Counted from the first letter of the stretch, positions 1 through 10,473 are shown. The stretch: DNA of 64,000 nt from Bacteroidota bacterium (GCA_005772895.1 SXIH01000067.1:13163-77162); one strand, 5' to 3'. Notes: generated by a model not told the origin, from the letters alone. Translations and numbers: made by a program.

Positions 1-233
1 CCTTTATTAAACGTGTTATTTTACTTTATATGATTACATTGCCAATTGGTTTGGTGGATGATTTTAAGTGGGTAACTATTCCTATGGTACTTTTTGTATT
101 CTATGCTTTTGCGGGATTAGAACTAATTGCAGAAGAAATTGAAGATCCTTTTGGTCACGAAGACAATGATTTGCCTACAGATGAGATTGCCGAAAAAATC
201 AAGAAGAATTTAAAAGAGATTGTTAAATTTTAA
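1..233 (+). CDS. Bestrophin/UPF0187 (YneE-like) family membrane protein, C-terminal fragment (N-terminus is upstream of the window)
   Basis: ORF runs off the 5' edge. The C-terminal motif ...EDPFGHEDNDLP... is typical of bacterial bestrophin-like proteins. Confidence 0.5.
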   Translation, partial: FIKRVILLYMITLPIGLVDDFKWVTIPMVLFVFYAFAGLELIAEEIEDPFGHEDNDLPTDEIAEKIKKNLKEIVKF

Positions 234-505
234 AGTGTAATCAATCCTTCAATCCCTTCCATTTCTTTGTATTTTTCGATAATGGAGTTGGCATCTAACA
301 TTACTTCTTTTACAGTTATACTGATGTATTTTCCGTTTGCGGATTCTTTTTGAGTAATAGTGGCTTCGTCTGAAAACTTTGATTCTATTAATGCAATCTT
401 TCTGTTATCAGCCAGCACAATAAATTTAAACATATAAATGGTAGGCCAGTCTTTCTCCTTAGCAAGTTGAGCTCTTAGTTTTTCGAATTGTTCATCGGTA
501 TTCAT
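230..505 (-). CDS. DUF493 (YbeD-like, UPF0250) family protein
   Basis: 91 aa. The pattern (FP..Y.FK.I...; GKY.S.T; ...Y..M.GI) resembles E. coli YbeD. Confidence 0.55.
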   Translation of the reverse strand: MNTDEQFEKLRAQLAKEKDWPTIYMFKFIVLADNRKIALIESKFSDEATITQKESANGKYISITVKEVMLDANSIIEKYKEMEGIEGLITL

Positions 506-544
506 AGTGTAAAGATAAAGCTAATGTTATAACTTTGTTGAATC

Positions 545-751
545 ATGGAAAAATTTCAACTTACAGAAGAATACATACAACTAAATCAGTTATTAAAAGC
601 AATTGCCTGGTGCTCGAGTGGGGCAGAAGCAAATGAGATGATTGATAAGGGGTTTGTAAAAGTAAACGGAGAAGTAGAATTACGTAAAAGAAATAAAATC
701 AGAAAGGGATTTAAAATTGAATTTAATAATCAAATTGTAATTACCGAATAA
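545..751 (+). CDS. S4-domain RNA-binding protein (YaaA-like)
   Basis: 68 aa. Motif ...NEMIDKGFVKVNGEVELRKRNKI... is typical of a small S4-domain protein. Confidence 0.6.
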   Translation: MEKFQLTEEYIQLNQLLKAIAWCSSGAEANEMIDKGFVKVNGEVELRKRNKIRKGFKIEFNNQIVITE

Positions 752-1183
752 ATGAAAAAAAATATTCTTTCAATTATCATATTGTTTTTTTCTGTTTCTG
801 TTTTTTCTCAGGAAGTGCCTATGGATAGTGTTTCGGCAACCTCTCATATCCTTAAATCCTATGAATTAAAAGGTGATTCTTGGAAAGATTGGAATAAAAT
901 TTATGATGACTGGATGAAAAATGAATACCACAAAATATTGAAAGAAAATAAATTGAAAATGAATTGCAGTGAGTGTGAAAATATTTATTTAGAAGTTATT
1001 TTGAATATTGATTCAACCGGGAAAATGACTTTTTATAAACTGATCAACAGCAAAAAATGTACTGAAAAATTTTCTAAAAAATTAGAAATTCAATTTATGA
1101 AATCGTTTTTTAATATGGAATTTCCTCCTTCGCTAAGAAATATGTTTTTTGAAGCAAGGTTGGGAACGGGATTAAAATGTTGA
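752..1183 (+). CDS. Hypothetical secreted protein
   Basis: N-terminal signal peptide (MKKNILSIIILFFSVSVFSQ). No recognisable domain. Confidence 0.4.
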   Translation: MKKNILSIIILFFSVSVFSQEVPMDSVSATSHILKSYELKGDSWKDWNKIYDDWMKNEYHKILKENKLKMNCSECENIYLEVILNIDSTGKMTFYKLINSKKCTEKFSKKLEIQFMKSFFNMEFPPSLRNMFFEARLGTGLKC

Positions 1184-1184
1184 T

Positions 1185-1547
1185 TTACCCGTGATACACT
1201 TTTGAAGAAATAATCAATCCGTTTTCAATTTCCAACAGTTCAGCCACCAGCATATCTTCCTCATCTTCCACTTTTCGGATATATTCCATAAAAATCCTGT
1301 TTTCATTAGCCGTTAGATTTGTAACTTGATAATGTAAAGAAGGCAATCGTTCAAATGCATCTTTCCACCATGCTCTAAGCGCACCTTTTCCCTTAACAAG
1401 TCCATTTGTTTCAGGCTTTCGGATTTTTAATTTAGGGCTATAATGCTTTGCCTCGTCATGATACAAGGATAATAATTTTTCCAAATCATGGTTGTTAAAG
1501 GCCTCAAACCAGGCTTTTGCAATTATTTCGTTTTTCTGTGCTGACAT
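1185..1547 (-). CDS. NTF2-like / SnoaL-like (ketosteroid isomerase-fold) protein
   Basis: 120 aa. N-terminus IIAKAWFEAFNNHDLEKLLSLYHDEA is typical of the SnoaL/NTF2 superfamily. Confidence 0.5.
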   Translation of the reverse strand: MSAQKNEIIAKAWFEAFNNHDLEKLLSLYHDEAKHYSPKLKIRKPETNGLVKGKGALRAWWKDAFERLPSLHYQVTNLTANENRIFMEYIRKVEDEEDMLVAELLEIENGLIISSKVYHG

Positions 1548-1710
1548 ATGAATTTTGACTCATAAATGTAGCATTTTTTCAAGAAATTGAACCTAAAAAT
1601 TGTTTTTAAACCCTTAATAAAATCAATAGATTTTGCTAATTTTACCACAAAGTGGTTCCCTTGGAACGGATTAAGCATCGGGATGAATAAAAATCAAAAA
1701 AATCATCCTG

Positions 1711-1736
1711 GACCTGCCTGTCGGCAGACAGGTTTT
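1711..1736 (+). repeat. GC-rich hairpin followed by TTTT (cctgtc-ggca-gacagg-tttt), a variant of the same hairpin family, immediately upstream of hemE
   Basis: Shares the ggacctgcctg...caggtt motif with 5263-5285 and 43876-43898. Confidence 0.4.
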
Positions 1737-1752
1737 CTATTGACTAAACTTT

Positions 1753-2778
1753 ATGACAATTAAAAACGATTTAATATTACGCGCGGCTAGAGGAGAAAAA
1801 GTGGAAAGAACTCCCGTTTGGTTGATGCGTCAAGCAGGAAGAGTATTGCCCGAATACAGAGAAGTAAGAGCTAAAATGGGTGGTTTTAAAGAACTCGTGG
1901 AAACACCTGAATTTGCCTGTGAAGTTACCATTCAACCGATAGACATTTTAGGAGTGGATGCCGCTATTATCTTTTCAGATATTCTTGTTATTCCTGAAGC
2001 AATGGGGCTTCCATACCAAATGATTGAGGCAAAAGGTCCTTGGTTTGAAAAAACAATACAATCTGCAGCTGATGTAGCTCAAGTTCGGGTGGCTCAGGGA
2101 GAAGACTTACATTATGTTTTGGACGCAATAAAACTCACAAAGAAAGAATTAAACGGAAGAGTTCCATTGATTGGTTTTGCTGGTGCTCCATGGACAATTT
2201 TTGCATATATGATTGAAGGAAGCGGAAGTAAAACATTTTCAAAAGCCAAGAAATTCTTATATACTCAGCCCGAAACTGCACATGTATTATTGCAAAAAAT
2301 TACAGACAGCACTATCAACTATTTGAAAGCACAGGTTAATGCTGGAGCTGATATGTTGCAGTTATTTGATAGTTGGGCAGGAGTTTTATCACCCGAACAA
2401 TACAACGAATTTGCATTGAAATACATTGCCCAGATATGTGATGCCATTAAAGATGTGCCTTTTACTGTTTTTGCAAAAGATGCACATTTTGCACGCAAAC
2501 AAATGGGGCAACTGAGCTGCGATACAATTGGTCTGGACTGGACAATGAACATTACTGAATCTCGTTTACTAATCGGTGAAAGCAAAACATTACAAGGCAA
2601 CATGGATCCTTGTTTGTTATATGCTGATTACCCAACCATAAAATCGGAGGCACAAAAAATGTTAAAAGCTTTTGGTCCGCACAGGCACATTGCAAACTTG
2701 GGTCATGGTTTGTATCCCGATTTAGAGAAAGATAAAGTGAAATGTTTTGTAGATACAATTAAAGAATACCGATTTTAA
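1753..2778 (+). CDS. hemE: Uroporphyrinogen decarboxylase
   Basis: 341 aa. Canonical HemE N-terminus ([27 protein letters not shown]) and full-length collinearity. Confidence 0.95.
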   Translation: MTIKNDLILRAARGEKVERTPVWLMRQAGRVLPEYREVRAKMGGFKELVETPEFACEVTIQPIDILGVDAAIIFSDILVIPEAMGLPYQMIEAKGPWFEKTIQSAADVAQVRVAQGEDLHYVLDAIKLTKKELNGRVPLIGFAGAPWTIFAYMIEGSGSKTFSKAKKFLYTQPETAHVLLQKITDSTINYLKAQVNAGADMLQLFDSWAGVLSPEQYNEFALKYIAQICDAIKDVPFTVFAKDAHFARKQMGQLSCDTIGLDWTMNITESRLLIGESKTLQGNMDPCLLYADYPTIKSEAQKMLKAFGPHRHIANLGHGLYPDLEKDKVKCFVDTIKEYRF

Positions 2779-2783
2779 TTTGA

Positions 2784-3881
2784 ATGTATAAAAAAACAAA
2801 AAATAGCTACTCCATTTTTTTAAAAACAATTTTGTTTTTGACTGTTTTGTTGTTTTCAGTTTCTGTTTTTTCTCAAGCTAAAAAAGCGAAGAATGTAATT
2901 CCAAATCCAAGTTTCGAAGAACGTAAAAGCAAAGGAACCGATATAAAAGCTGCTATTCCATGGAAAGGTGTTGGAACAGTAGATTATTACATGAAGCCCG
3001 ACAAAAGAGACATTTCTCAATTCAAAGGCGCTCGAACAGGAACGAGTTATGCAGGTTTGAGGTTTCAAGCCGATTATAAAGAATACATGCATGTGAAATT
3101 GCTGGAGACATTGGAAAAAGGAGAAGTGTATGAATTTAAAATGTACATACGAATATTAGAGGCTGAAAATGTAACAGTAACTGTTAAACAACTTGGAGCA
3201 TTTTTTTCTGAATCAGAATTCAAGATTGGGATGGAGTTTAATGAAGAAGGATTAGTTGATACAACATACAACAAAGGAATTTCCGGAACTTTAAATTGGA
3301 TATTGATTCAAGGAGATTATACTGCTAGTGGAAATGAAAAGTATATGATCATTGGGAATTTCAGAACCAAAATGAAGGACGACTTTGTGAAAAAAAACAA
3401 ATGGAGTTTATTCGCCTTTCAGGAAGCCTATTATTATATTGATGATCTTTCACTTTGCAAAAAAAATCCTGAAGACGAAACCCCTAAATATGATAGTGCC
3501 GGTGGTGTTGTTAATTGGTTGCCTCATGCATTTCATGCCGGAAAAACATTTGAAATAAAAAATTTATTTTTCGAAAAGGGAACAGCAAAATTATTGAGCG
3601 AATCAGATAAATCGTTGGATGAGTTGGCAAAGATGTTAATTGAACATCCTTCAACGTCTATTCAGCTTAACGGACATATGGATAAATTTGGTGATGAGGT
3701 GGCAGAAAAACAACTTTCTAAAGAACGGGCGAAAGCTGTTTATGATTATTTAAAGTCGCACGGAGTAACAAATCAAATGATATTTAAAGGCTTGGGTTCA
3801 TCTCAACCGGTTGCTCCTAATGATTCAGAAGAATACAAAGCAAAAAACAGAAGAGTGGAAGTTACAGTATTAAAAGAATAA
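2784..3881 (+). CDS. OmpA-family outer membrane protein (N-terminal domain of unknown function plus C-terminal OmpA-like peptidoglycan-binding domain)
   Basis: Signal peptide. C-terminus ...LNGHMDKFGDEVAEKQLSKERAKAVYDYLKSHGV...NRRVEVTV is an OmpA_C-like domain. Confidence 0.7.
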   Translation: MYKKTKNSYSIFLKTILFLTVLLFSVSVFSQAKKAKNVIPNPSFEERKSKGTDIKAAIPWKGVGTVDYYMKPDKRDISQFKGARTGTSYAGLRFQADYKEYMHVKLLETLEKGEVYEFKMYIRILEAENVTVTVKQLGAFFSESEFKIGMEFNEEGLVDTTYNKGISGTLNWILIQGDYTASGNEKYMIIGNFRTKMKDDFVKKNKWSLFAFQEAYYYIDDLSLCKKNPEDETPKYDSAGGVVNWLPHAFHAGKTFEIKNLFFEKGTAKLLSESDKSLDELAKMLIEHPSTSIQLNGHMDKFGDEVAEKQLSKERAKAVYDYLKSHGVTNQMIFKGLGSSQPVAPNDSEEYKAKNRRVEVTVLKE

Positions 3882-3898
3882 TTTAAAAACATACCCAA

Positions 3899-5236
3899 AT
3901 GACAGAAATCGTAAAAGGGAATAAAAAAATTATCAATGCTTGGGTAACTTATGACCTGGCAAACTCGGTGTATAACTTAGTTATTACTGCAACTATTTTT
4001 CCGATTTATTACATGGCTCAAACGGTCACTAAAGATGATGCGGGAAATATTACTTCAAATATTGTTTCCTTTTTTGGTTTTGAATTCAAAAACACTACGC
4101 TCTACGATTTTGCAATCGCTTTTGCATTTTTAATTGTTGCATTTCTATCGCCATTATTATCCGGTATTGCCGATTATGGTGGGAATAAGAAAAAATTTAT
4201 GCAATTTTTCTGTTATATGGGAGCAATATCTTGTTCGCTCATGTATTTTTTTAATAAAGAAAATCCTTATAGTTTGTATTTAGGAATCTCACTGGCTGTT
4301 TTTGCATGTGTTGGATATGCTGGAAGTCTCGTTTTCTATAATTCATATCTTCCTGAAATTGCACCTAAAGAAATGCAGGATAAAGTTAGTGCGAAAGGTT
4401 TTGCAATGGGCTACATTGGTAGCTCGTTTCTTTTGATTGTAAATTTAATCATGGTATTACATCCTGAGTGGTTTGGTTGGTTTCAGGCAGATGGTGTTAC
4501 TCCCGATAAAGGTTTCGCTACTCGTATCTCTTTTATCATGGTTGGTTTGTGGTGGTTAGGGTTTTCTCAAATCACATTTTATCATTTACCCAAAGTCAAA
4601 AATGTTAAACAAAGAAGTTCTGAAGGTCATTATCTTACTCAAGGCTTTAGAGAATTAAAAAAAGTTTGGAATGAATTAAAGCATAATAAACAATTGACAC
4701 GTTTTTTGCCTGCGTTTTTTATTTACAGTATGGGAGTGCAAACCGTAATGTTAGTTGCAAATCATTTTGGTGCTGATGAAATTAAAATGGAATCTGGACA
4801 ATTGATTACTACAATATTAATTATCCAGTTTGTTGCCATGGCTGGTTCCTTTTTGTTTTCTTTCATTTCCCGTAAAGCAGGAAACTTATTTACTCTTAAA
4901 ATGGCGACATTGCTTTGGTCAACAATATGTTTAGTTACCTTTTTGTTTGTGTATACTCCTGTACATTTTTATGTTGTGGCAGCATTTGTAGGTTTGGTAA
5001 TGGGAGGAATTCAATCATTGTCACGTTCAACCTATTCTAAAATGCTTCCTGAATCTGAAGACAATACCTCTTATTTTAGTTTTTATGATGTTTGTGAAAA
5101 ATTAAGTATAGTTTTCGGAATGGCCACTTTTGGAATAATCAATGAATGCAGTTCAACAATGCGTACTCCGATTGTTGCCCTTGTTTCGTTTTTTGTGATT
5201 GGCTTTTTATTATTGTTTAGAATGAAAAAAATATGA
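3899..5236 (+). CDS. MFS transporter, UMF1 (Atg22-like) family
   Basis: 445 aa with ~12 predicted TM segments. N-terminus AWVTYDLANSVYNLVITATIFPIYY is typical of the UMF1 family. Confidence 0.7.
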   Translation: MTEIVKGNKKIINAWVTYDLANSVYNLVITATIFPIYYMAQTVTKDDAGNITSNIVSFFGFEFKNTTLYDFAIAFAFLIVAFLSPLLSGIADYGGNKKKFMQFFCYMGAISCSLMYFFNKENPYSLYLGISLAVFACVGYAGSLVFYNSYLPEIAPKEMQDKVSAKGFAMGYIGSSFLLIVNLIMVLHPEWFGWFQADGVTPDKGFATRISFIMVGLWWLGFSQITFYHLPKVKNVKQRSSEGHYLTQGFRELKKVWNELKHNKQLTRFLPAFFIYSMGVQTVMLVANHFGADEIKMESGQLITTILIIQFVAMAGSFLFSFISRKAGNLFTLKMATLLWSTICLVTFLFVYTPVHFYVVAAFVGLVMGGIQSLSRSTYSKMLPESEDNTSYFSFYDVCEKLSIVFGMATFGIINECSSTMRTPIVALVSFFVIGFLLLFRMKKI

Positions 5237-5262
5237 TGCTCCGAGTGGAGATTGAAAACACA

Positions 5263-5285
5263 GACCTGCCTGCGGTAGGCAGGTT
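5263..5285 (+). repeat. GC-rich hairpin (acctgcc-tgcggta-ggcaggt), member of a 3-copy hairpin family, possible terminator downstream of the MFS gene
   Basis: 7-bp stem and 7-nt loop. The same sequence recurs at 43876-43898, with a variant at 1711-1736. Confidence 0.45.
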
Positions 5286-5319
5286 AGTAAATTCGTTTTG
5301 ATTAGTTATTTATAACAGT

Positions 5320-6042
5320 ATGATTGTAGATATTTTTATTCCTTGTTTTATTGACCAGATTTATCCGGATACCGGATTTAATATGGTGAAGATATTAGAA
5401 AAAGTAGGTTGCGGTGTTAATTATAATCCCGAACAAACATGTTGTGGACAACCAGCATTTAACGCAGGTTACTGGGACGATTGTAAAGAAGTAGGTGAAA
5501 AATTTATTCAGGAGTTTCAAAATGACAGGTATATTGTTTGTCCTTCTGCATCTTGTGTTGGGATGATAAAAAATTATTATCCTGAAATGTTTCACAATTC
5601 GGTTTTGCATAATGAATACAAACAAATTCAAAAAAATATTTTTGAGTTTTCCGATTTTATGGTAAACGTTTTAAAGATTACTGATTTAGGTGCAACATTA
5701 AAAGGTGTGGCAACTTATCATGATTCCTGTGCTGCTTTGCGAGAATACGGAATAAAACGCGAACCAAGAGTTTTACTTGAAAAAGTACGAGGATTAGAGT
5801 TAAGAGAAATGAAAGATTCTGAGACCTGTTGCGGATTTGGAGGAAGTTTTTCAGTTAAGTTTGAACCAATTGCAGTTGGAATGGGGGAGCAGAAATTAAC
5901 AAATGCATTGGAAACAGGAGCGGAATATATGATTTCAACTGATGTTTCTTGTTTGATGCATGTTGATGGCTACGCTAAAAAGAATGGAAAAAATATGAAG
6001 ATGATGCATTTATGTGATGTACTTGCATCGGGTTGGGATTAA
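5320..6042 (+). CDS. lutA: (Fe-S)-binding oxidoreductase, LutA/YkgE family (CCG-domain protein)
   Basis: 240 aa. Two CCG motifs (TCCGQPAFNAGY; TCCGFGGSF). Collinear with E. coli YkgE, including the C-terminal MHLCDVL. Confidence 0.8.
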   Translation: MIVDIFIPCFIDQIYPDTGFNMVKILEKVGCGVNYNPEQTCCGQPAFNAGYWDDCKEVGEKFIQEFQNDRYIVCPSASCVGMIKNYYPEMFHNSVLHNEYKQIQKNIFEFSDFMVNVLKITDLGATLKGVATYHDSCAALREYGIKREPRVLLEKVRGLELREMKDSETCCGFGGSFSVKFEPIAVGMGEQKLTNALETGAEYMISTDVSCLMHVDGYAKKNGKNMKMMHLCDVLASGWD

Positions 6043-6058
6043 TAAAATTGACTTTAAA

Positions 6059-7207
6059 ATGATTAAACTGTTAACAATAATTGGTGCTCGACCTCAAATC
6101 ATAAAAGCTGCAGCACTTAGCAGAGTTATTAAAAATAAATTTTCTGATAAAGTCAGAGAAATAATTGTACATACCGGTCAGCATTACGATGATAATATGT
6201 CGCAAATATTTTTTGACGAGTTAGATATTCCTCATCCAAATTATAATTTAAATGCAGGTTCCGGTTCTCATGGGAAACAAACGGCCTTGATGATAGAAGG
6301 AATAGAAGAGATACTTTTGAAAGAAAAACCTAATTGTATAATTTTATACGGTGATACTAATTCAACATTGGCTGGAGCAGTTGCGGCTTCTAAAATCCAA
6401 GTTCCCATAGTTCATATCGAAGCTGGATTACGTTCTTTTAATAAATCTATGCCCGAAGAAATTAACCGAATTATCTGTGATTCTGTTTCAACATTGCTGT
6501 TTTCGCCTACAAAAGCCGGATTTGATAATTTAGTGAAGGAAGGATTCAATAAGAAAACGGTTCCGCCATATTCTTTTGATAATCCCAAAATTTATCATTG
6601 CGGTGATGTGATGTTTGATAATACTTTATTTTTTTCTTCATTAGCAGAACAAAAAAGCACGATTTTAAAAGATAATCATTTAGAGATTGGTAATTATTTA
6701 CTGGTAACCATTCATCGCAATAACAATACCGATGAGCCCAATCGTTTAAATGCTTTGTTTCGGGCAATTAATAAGATTTCTCTCGAAAATAAAATTAAAA
6801 TTATTCTACCTCTTCATCCTAGAACAGCCAAGCTTTTATCCAAAAATCTTTCTTCGGAATTATACAGTACTGTAAAAACAAATGATCTTATAAAAATTGT
6901 TTCTCCTGTTTCTTTTTTAGAAATGATTGCCCTGGAAAAAAATGCATTTTTAGTGATGACAGATTCAGGAGGTGTTCAGAAAGAAGCGTTCTTCTTCAAA
7001 AAACCTTGTATTATTTTGAGATCTGAAACGGAATGGATTGAGTTGGTTAATTCTGGCTCAGCAATAGTTGCAGATGCTAACGAGGTTGAAATCATAAAGG
7101 CATTCGAGAAATTTAAAAAGACTAAAAGATTTAAATTTCCTGTTTTGTTTGGCGATGGAAATGCCGCAGAATTTATTTGTGAAGAAATACTAAAGAATAT
7201 TCATTAG
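6059..7207 (+). CDS. wecB: UDP-N-acetylglucosamine 2-epimerase (non-hydrolysing)
   Basis: N-terminus MIKLLTIIGARPQIIKAAALS...HTGQHYDDNMSQIFFDEL and length match WecB. The ATG at 6059 is preferred over the track ORF start at 6014. Confidence 0.85.
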   Translation: MIKLLTIIGARPQIIKAAALSRVIKNKFSDKVREIIVHTGQHYDDNMSQIFFDELDIPHPNYNLNAGSGSHGKQTALMIEGIEEILLKEKPNCIILYGDTNSTLAGAVAASKIQVPIVHIEAGLRSFNKSMPEEINRIICDSVSTLLFSPTKAGFDNLVKEGFNKKTVPPYSFDNPKIYHCGDVMFDNTLFFSSLAEQKSTILKDNHLEIGNYLLVTIHRNNNTDEPNRLNALFRAINKISLENKIKIILPLHPRTAKLLSKNLSSELYSTVKTNDLIKIVSPVSFLEMIALEKNAFLVMTDSGGVQKEAFFFKKPCIILRSETEWIELVNSGSAIVADANEVEIIKAFEKFKKTKRFKFPVLFGDGNAAEFICEEILKNIH

Positions 7208-7210
7208 AAG

Positions 7211-8518
7211 ATGCTCCTGATTTATACTCATAAAATTACTCATCGGAATAAGTATGTCTTTAATTTAATATTTAAAGACACACTTGGTATTGATTTTACT
7301 CTGACAGAAGATTTGGATGAGTTTAAGGTTCGCCAGGGTGCTAAACTGAGCTATACTATTAATCCTATATCAGATGAGCTTTTTTTTGCTTCCAGGAATT
7401 TATTATTTGAAACTGGAATAAATGAACAAAATATTTCTGTATTTGATTTGAATGAAAGTAAAGTCTTTTTTGCTACTGGAAAGTCATCAGCTCTCCCTTT
7501 TGATGTTTTTGCTGCAAGTTTTTATTTGGTAAGTCGTTACGAAGAATACTTGCCACATATACGTGATGAACACGACCGCTTTGATGCAAAAGATAGTCTG
7601 GCATTTACCAATGGGTTTTTGCAAAAACCTCTGGTGAATACCTGGGCATTATGGATTAAAGACTTGCTCTTAAATAAGTATCCTCAATTGGTGTTTCCGG
7701 TACAGAACTACCAATTTGTTTCTACAATTGATATTGATAATGCTTATGCTTATCGTGAAAAAGGCTTTACCAGAAGTGTTGGCGGATATTTGAAATCCTT
7801 GTCAAAATTTGATTTCAATGAAATTTCAGAACGTACTCGTGCTTTGCTTGGTTTTGATAAAGATCCTTACGATACATATGAATTTCAATTAGAGATTATT
7901 AAAAAATATAAACTCAAAGCGATCTACTTTTTTCTTTTGGGCGATTATGGTGTCAACGATAAAAATTTGCCAATTGAAAGCAAGCAATTTCAATCGCTTA
8001 TAAAAATGTTGGGCGATTATGCACAAATTGGAATTCATCCTTCTTACGGTTCCAATAAAAGTAAAACTCAATTGAAAAAAGAGGTGGAGCGCCTATCAAA
8101 AGTTTTGCATAGGGAAATTACACAAAGCCGACAACATTTTTTAAAGTTACGACTTCCTGAAACATATCGTAATCTTATCGATTTGGACATTACGGATGAT
8201 TATACGATGGGATTTGCTTCTCAAGTAGGATTTAGGGCTAGCATATGCACTGCATTCAACTTTTATGATTTGGATATGGAGCTGGAAACAAAACTAAAGA
8301 TTCATCCGTTTGCAATGATGGAAGGTACATTAAAGTACAGTATGAAAGTGAATCCGGAAGATGCTATGAATAAAATTAAACCATTGATTGATGAAGTAAA
8401 AAAGGTGGATGGAGTTTTTATGAGCCTTTGGCATAACGATACTTTGAATGATAAAAAAATATGGACAGGCTGGAAAGCTGTTTACGAAAAAATGGTTCAA
8501 TACGCAGCAACTAAATAA
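7211..8518 (+). CDS. Putative divergent polysaccharide-deacetylase (CE4/NodB-like) family protein
   Basis: 435 aa. Degenerate NodB-like motif order: VSTIDIDN (like TFDDG), GIHPSY (His motif), SRQHFLKLRLPETY (Arg-Pro motif). Call is tentative. Confidence 0.4.
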   Translation: MLLIYTHKITHRNKYVFNLIFKDTLGIDFTLTEDLDEFKVRQGAKLSYTINPISDELFFASRNLLFETGINEQNISVFDLNESKVFFATGKSSALPFDVFAASFYLVSRYEEYLPHIRDEHDRFDAKDSLAFTNGFLQKPLVNTWALWIKDLLLNKYPQLVFPVQNYQFVSTIDIDNAYAYREKGFTRSVGGYLKSLSKFDFNEISERTRALLGFDKDPYDTYEFQLEIIKKYKLKAIYFFLLGDYGVNDKNLPIESKQFQSLIKMLGDYAQIGIHPSYGSNKSKTQLKKEVERLSKVLHREITQSRQHFLKLRLPETYRNLIDLDITDDYTMGFASQVGFRASICTAFNFYDLDMELETKLKIHPFAMMEGTLKYSMKVNPEDAMNKIKPLIDEVKKVDGVFMSLWHNDTLNDKKIWTGWKAVYEKMVQYAATK

Positions 8519-9417
8519 TGCTTAAAAAAATTGCTTTAAAATATGCTCCCAAATTTGTTCTTGAATGGGCAAAACAGTTGAAAAAAAATCAGCGGAGAAA
8601 AGAATTGGAGCATCAGAAGCAAAAAGGTGGAATTGCAAAACAAAAACTAATTGATGATTTCATAAAAATCGGAATCAAAAAAAATGATTCAGTTTTAGTT
8701 CATAGCAGTCTTAGTAAAATTGGTTTTGTGGAAGGCGGTCCGAAAACAATTGTGGATGCATTGTGGGAAGTTGTTGGTAATGATGGAACTTTGCTTTTCC
8801 CGAGTTTTCCTGCAATAGGAAGAAATAAAACACATTTAGAAGAACATCCTTTATTTGATATAAAAAATACACCCTCGCAAATGGGAAGTATTACAGAATA
8901 TTTTAGAAAGTTGGAAGGATGCAAAAGAAGTTTTCATCCAACAGATGCTGTTTGTGCAATTGGACCTTTGGCCGACTATTATACAAATTCACACTTCGGA
9001 CAGTTGACTCCTTACAATGAACATTCGCCTTTCAGAAAGTTATGTAGTAAGAATGGGAAAATATTAATGTTAGGCACAACTTTAAACGGAGCTTGTACGA
9101 ATCTTCATACACTTGAGGATGCAGTTGATTTTAAATTTCCGATTTACGATTCTAAAGTGTTTGAAGTAAAAATGATTGATGCTGATGGAAAAGAATCCAT
9201 GATGAAAACAAAAGTTCACAATCCCGATTATTCTGCCAAAAGAAATTGCGATGCTTTAAAGCCAATGTTTGAAAATGAAGGAGTATTGATAAATGGAATG
9301 ATTGGCGAAGCAAAATCAATGTTGATAGATGCGAATAAGATGTTGGAAGTGATGATTAAGAATTATAAGAAAAGAGGAGTTACGATGTACACTCCCTTAG
9401 GAGAAAAAGTTGATTAA
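8518..9417 (+). CDS. AAC(3)-family (YokD-like) N-acetyltransferase
   Basis: Motifs VLVHSSLSKIGFVEGGPKTIVDAL and TLLFPSF are characteristic of the aminoglycoside 3-N-acetyltransferase fold. The start overlaps the upstream stop. Confidence 0.6.
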   Translation: MLKKIALKYAPKFVLEWAKQLKKNQRRKELEHQKQKGGIAKQKLIDDFIKIGIKKNDSVLVHSSLSKIGFVEGGPKTIVDALWEVVGNDGTLLFPSFPAIGRNKTHLEEHPLFDIKNTPSQMGSITEYFRKLEGCKRSFHPTDAVCAIGPLADYYTNSHFGQLTPYNEHSPFRKLCSKNGKILMLGTTLNGACTNLHTLEDAVDFKFPIYDSKVFEVKMIDADGKESMMKTKVHNPDYSAKRNCDALKPMFENEGVLINGMIGEAKSMLIDANKMLEVMIKNYKKRGVTMYTPLGEKVD

Positions 9418-9444
9418 GTTATTAGGAAATTTAGGCAAAGCCTC

Positions 9445-9480
9445 AATTAACCTAATTAACCTAATTAACCCAATTAACTA
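9445..9480 (+). repeat. 4 tandem copies of 9-mer aattaacct in the 5' region of the next gene
   Basis: aattaacct aattaacct aattaaccc aattaacta, read directly from the sequence. Confidence 0.8.
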
Positions 9481-9483
9481 AAA

Positions 9484-10473
9484 ATGAATATATACCTGAC
9501 ACTCGACTATGAAATTTACTTTGGTGAAAACCATGGTACAGTTGAGAAATGCATTATTTATCCTACTTCTGAGCTTATCCGGATAGCAGAAAAACATAAT
9601 GTGAGATTCTGTTTTTTTGTTGACTGCGGGTTTATTTTAAAGTTGGATGAATTCAGAAAAAAATTTCCGGTCTTGGAAAACGATTACAAAGCCATCACTG
9701 AGCAAGTAAAATATTTATCAGATACCGGACACGATATTCAATTACACATTCATCCGCATTGGGAAGATAGTTATTATGATGGTAATCGATGGATCATTGA
9801 TGTGAAAAGATACAAATTGACAGATTTTAATGTGAATGACATAGCGGATATTGTTAAGCGGTATAAAAAAGTACTTACAGATATTACAAATAAAACTGTG
9901 TTTGCTTATAGAGCAGGAGGCTGGTGTTTGCAACCATTTAGTAAACTCAAAAAAGCTTTTCTTTATAATAACATTACTCTTGATTCCAGTGTTTTTAGAG
10001 ATGGCTATTTCTCTACTGAGCAGTATGCTTATGATTTTAGAAATGCTCCTGATAAAGATATTTACAAGTTTGAAGATGATGTAGTGGTTGAAAATAAAAA
10101 TGGATTTTTTACTGAACTTCCAATAAGTCCAATTAAAAATTCACCATTGTTTTTTTGGACATTGTTTTTACTAGGAAGAAGAAATCCATACTTGCATAAA
10201 CCATTAGGTGATGGAAGAGCAATGGCAGCGCCAGGATACAGAAAGAAGTTGCTGACAAAATTTACAAATAATCCTGTTTCTGTTGATGGTTACAATTCAC
10301 ATCTTTTGCAAACTGCTTTGGGTATTTTGCAAAAAAAGAAACGTGAGCATATGGTGATAATCGGACACCCAAAAGCACTTTCACGTTATTCTATTCAAAA
10401 GATAGAAGAGTTTGTGCAAAACAATAAAGAGAAAAATAATTTTACCACGTTTACAAAAATGTTCGGTTCGTAG
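9484..10473 (+). CDS. Putative polysaccharide-deacetylase-like (CE4/DUF2334-like) protein
   Basis: Motifs LTLDYEIY (like TFDD), DIQLHIHPHW (His pair), AYRAGGWCL (Arg motif). Tentative. Confidence 0.4.
   Translation: MNIYLTLDYEIYFGENHGTVEKCIIYPTSELIRIAEKHNVRFCFFVDCGFILKLDEFRKKFPVLENDYKAITEQVKYLSDTGHDIQLHIHPHWEDSYYDGNRWIIDVKRYKLTDFNVNDIADIVKRYKKVLTDITNKTVFAYRAGGWCLQPFSKLKKAFLYNNITLDSSVFRDGYFSTEQYAYDFRNAPDKDIYKFEDDVVVENKNGFFTELPISPIKNSPLFFWTLFLLGRRNPYLHKPLGDGRAMAAPGYRKKLLTKFTNNPVSVDGYNSHLLQTALGILQKKKREHMVIIGHPKALSRYSIQKIEEFVQNNKEKNNFTTFTKMFGS

Noticed and set aside
2319-2758. Minus-strand ORFs inside hemE
   Set aside because: Antisense to a full-length, highly conserved hemE frame.
6014-6058. 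Upstream extension of wecB (MMYLHRVGINKIDFK)
   Set aside because: It overlaps the end of lutA. Conserved WecB N-termini begin at MIKLLTI..., so the ATG at 6059 was chosen.
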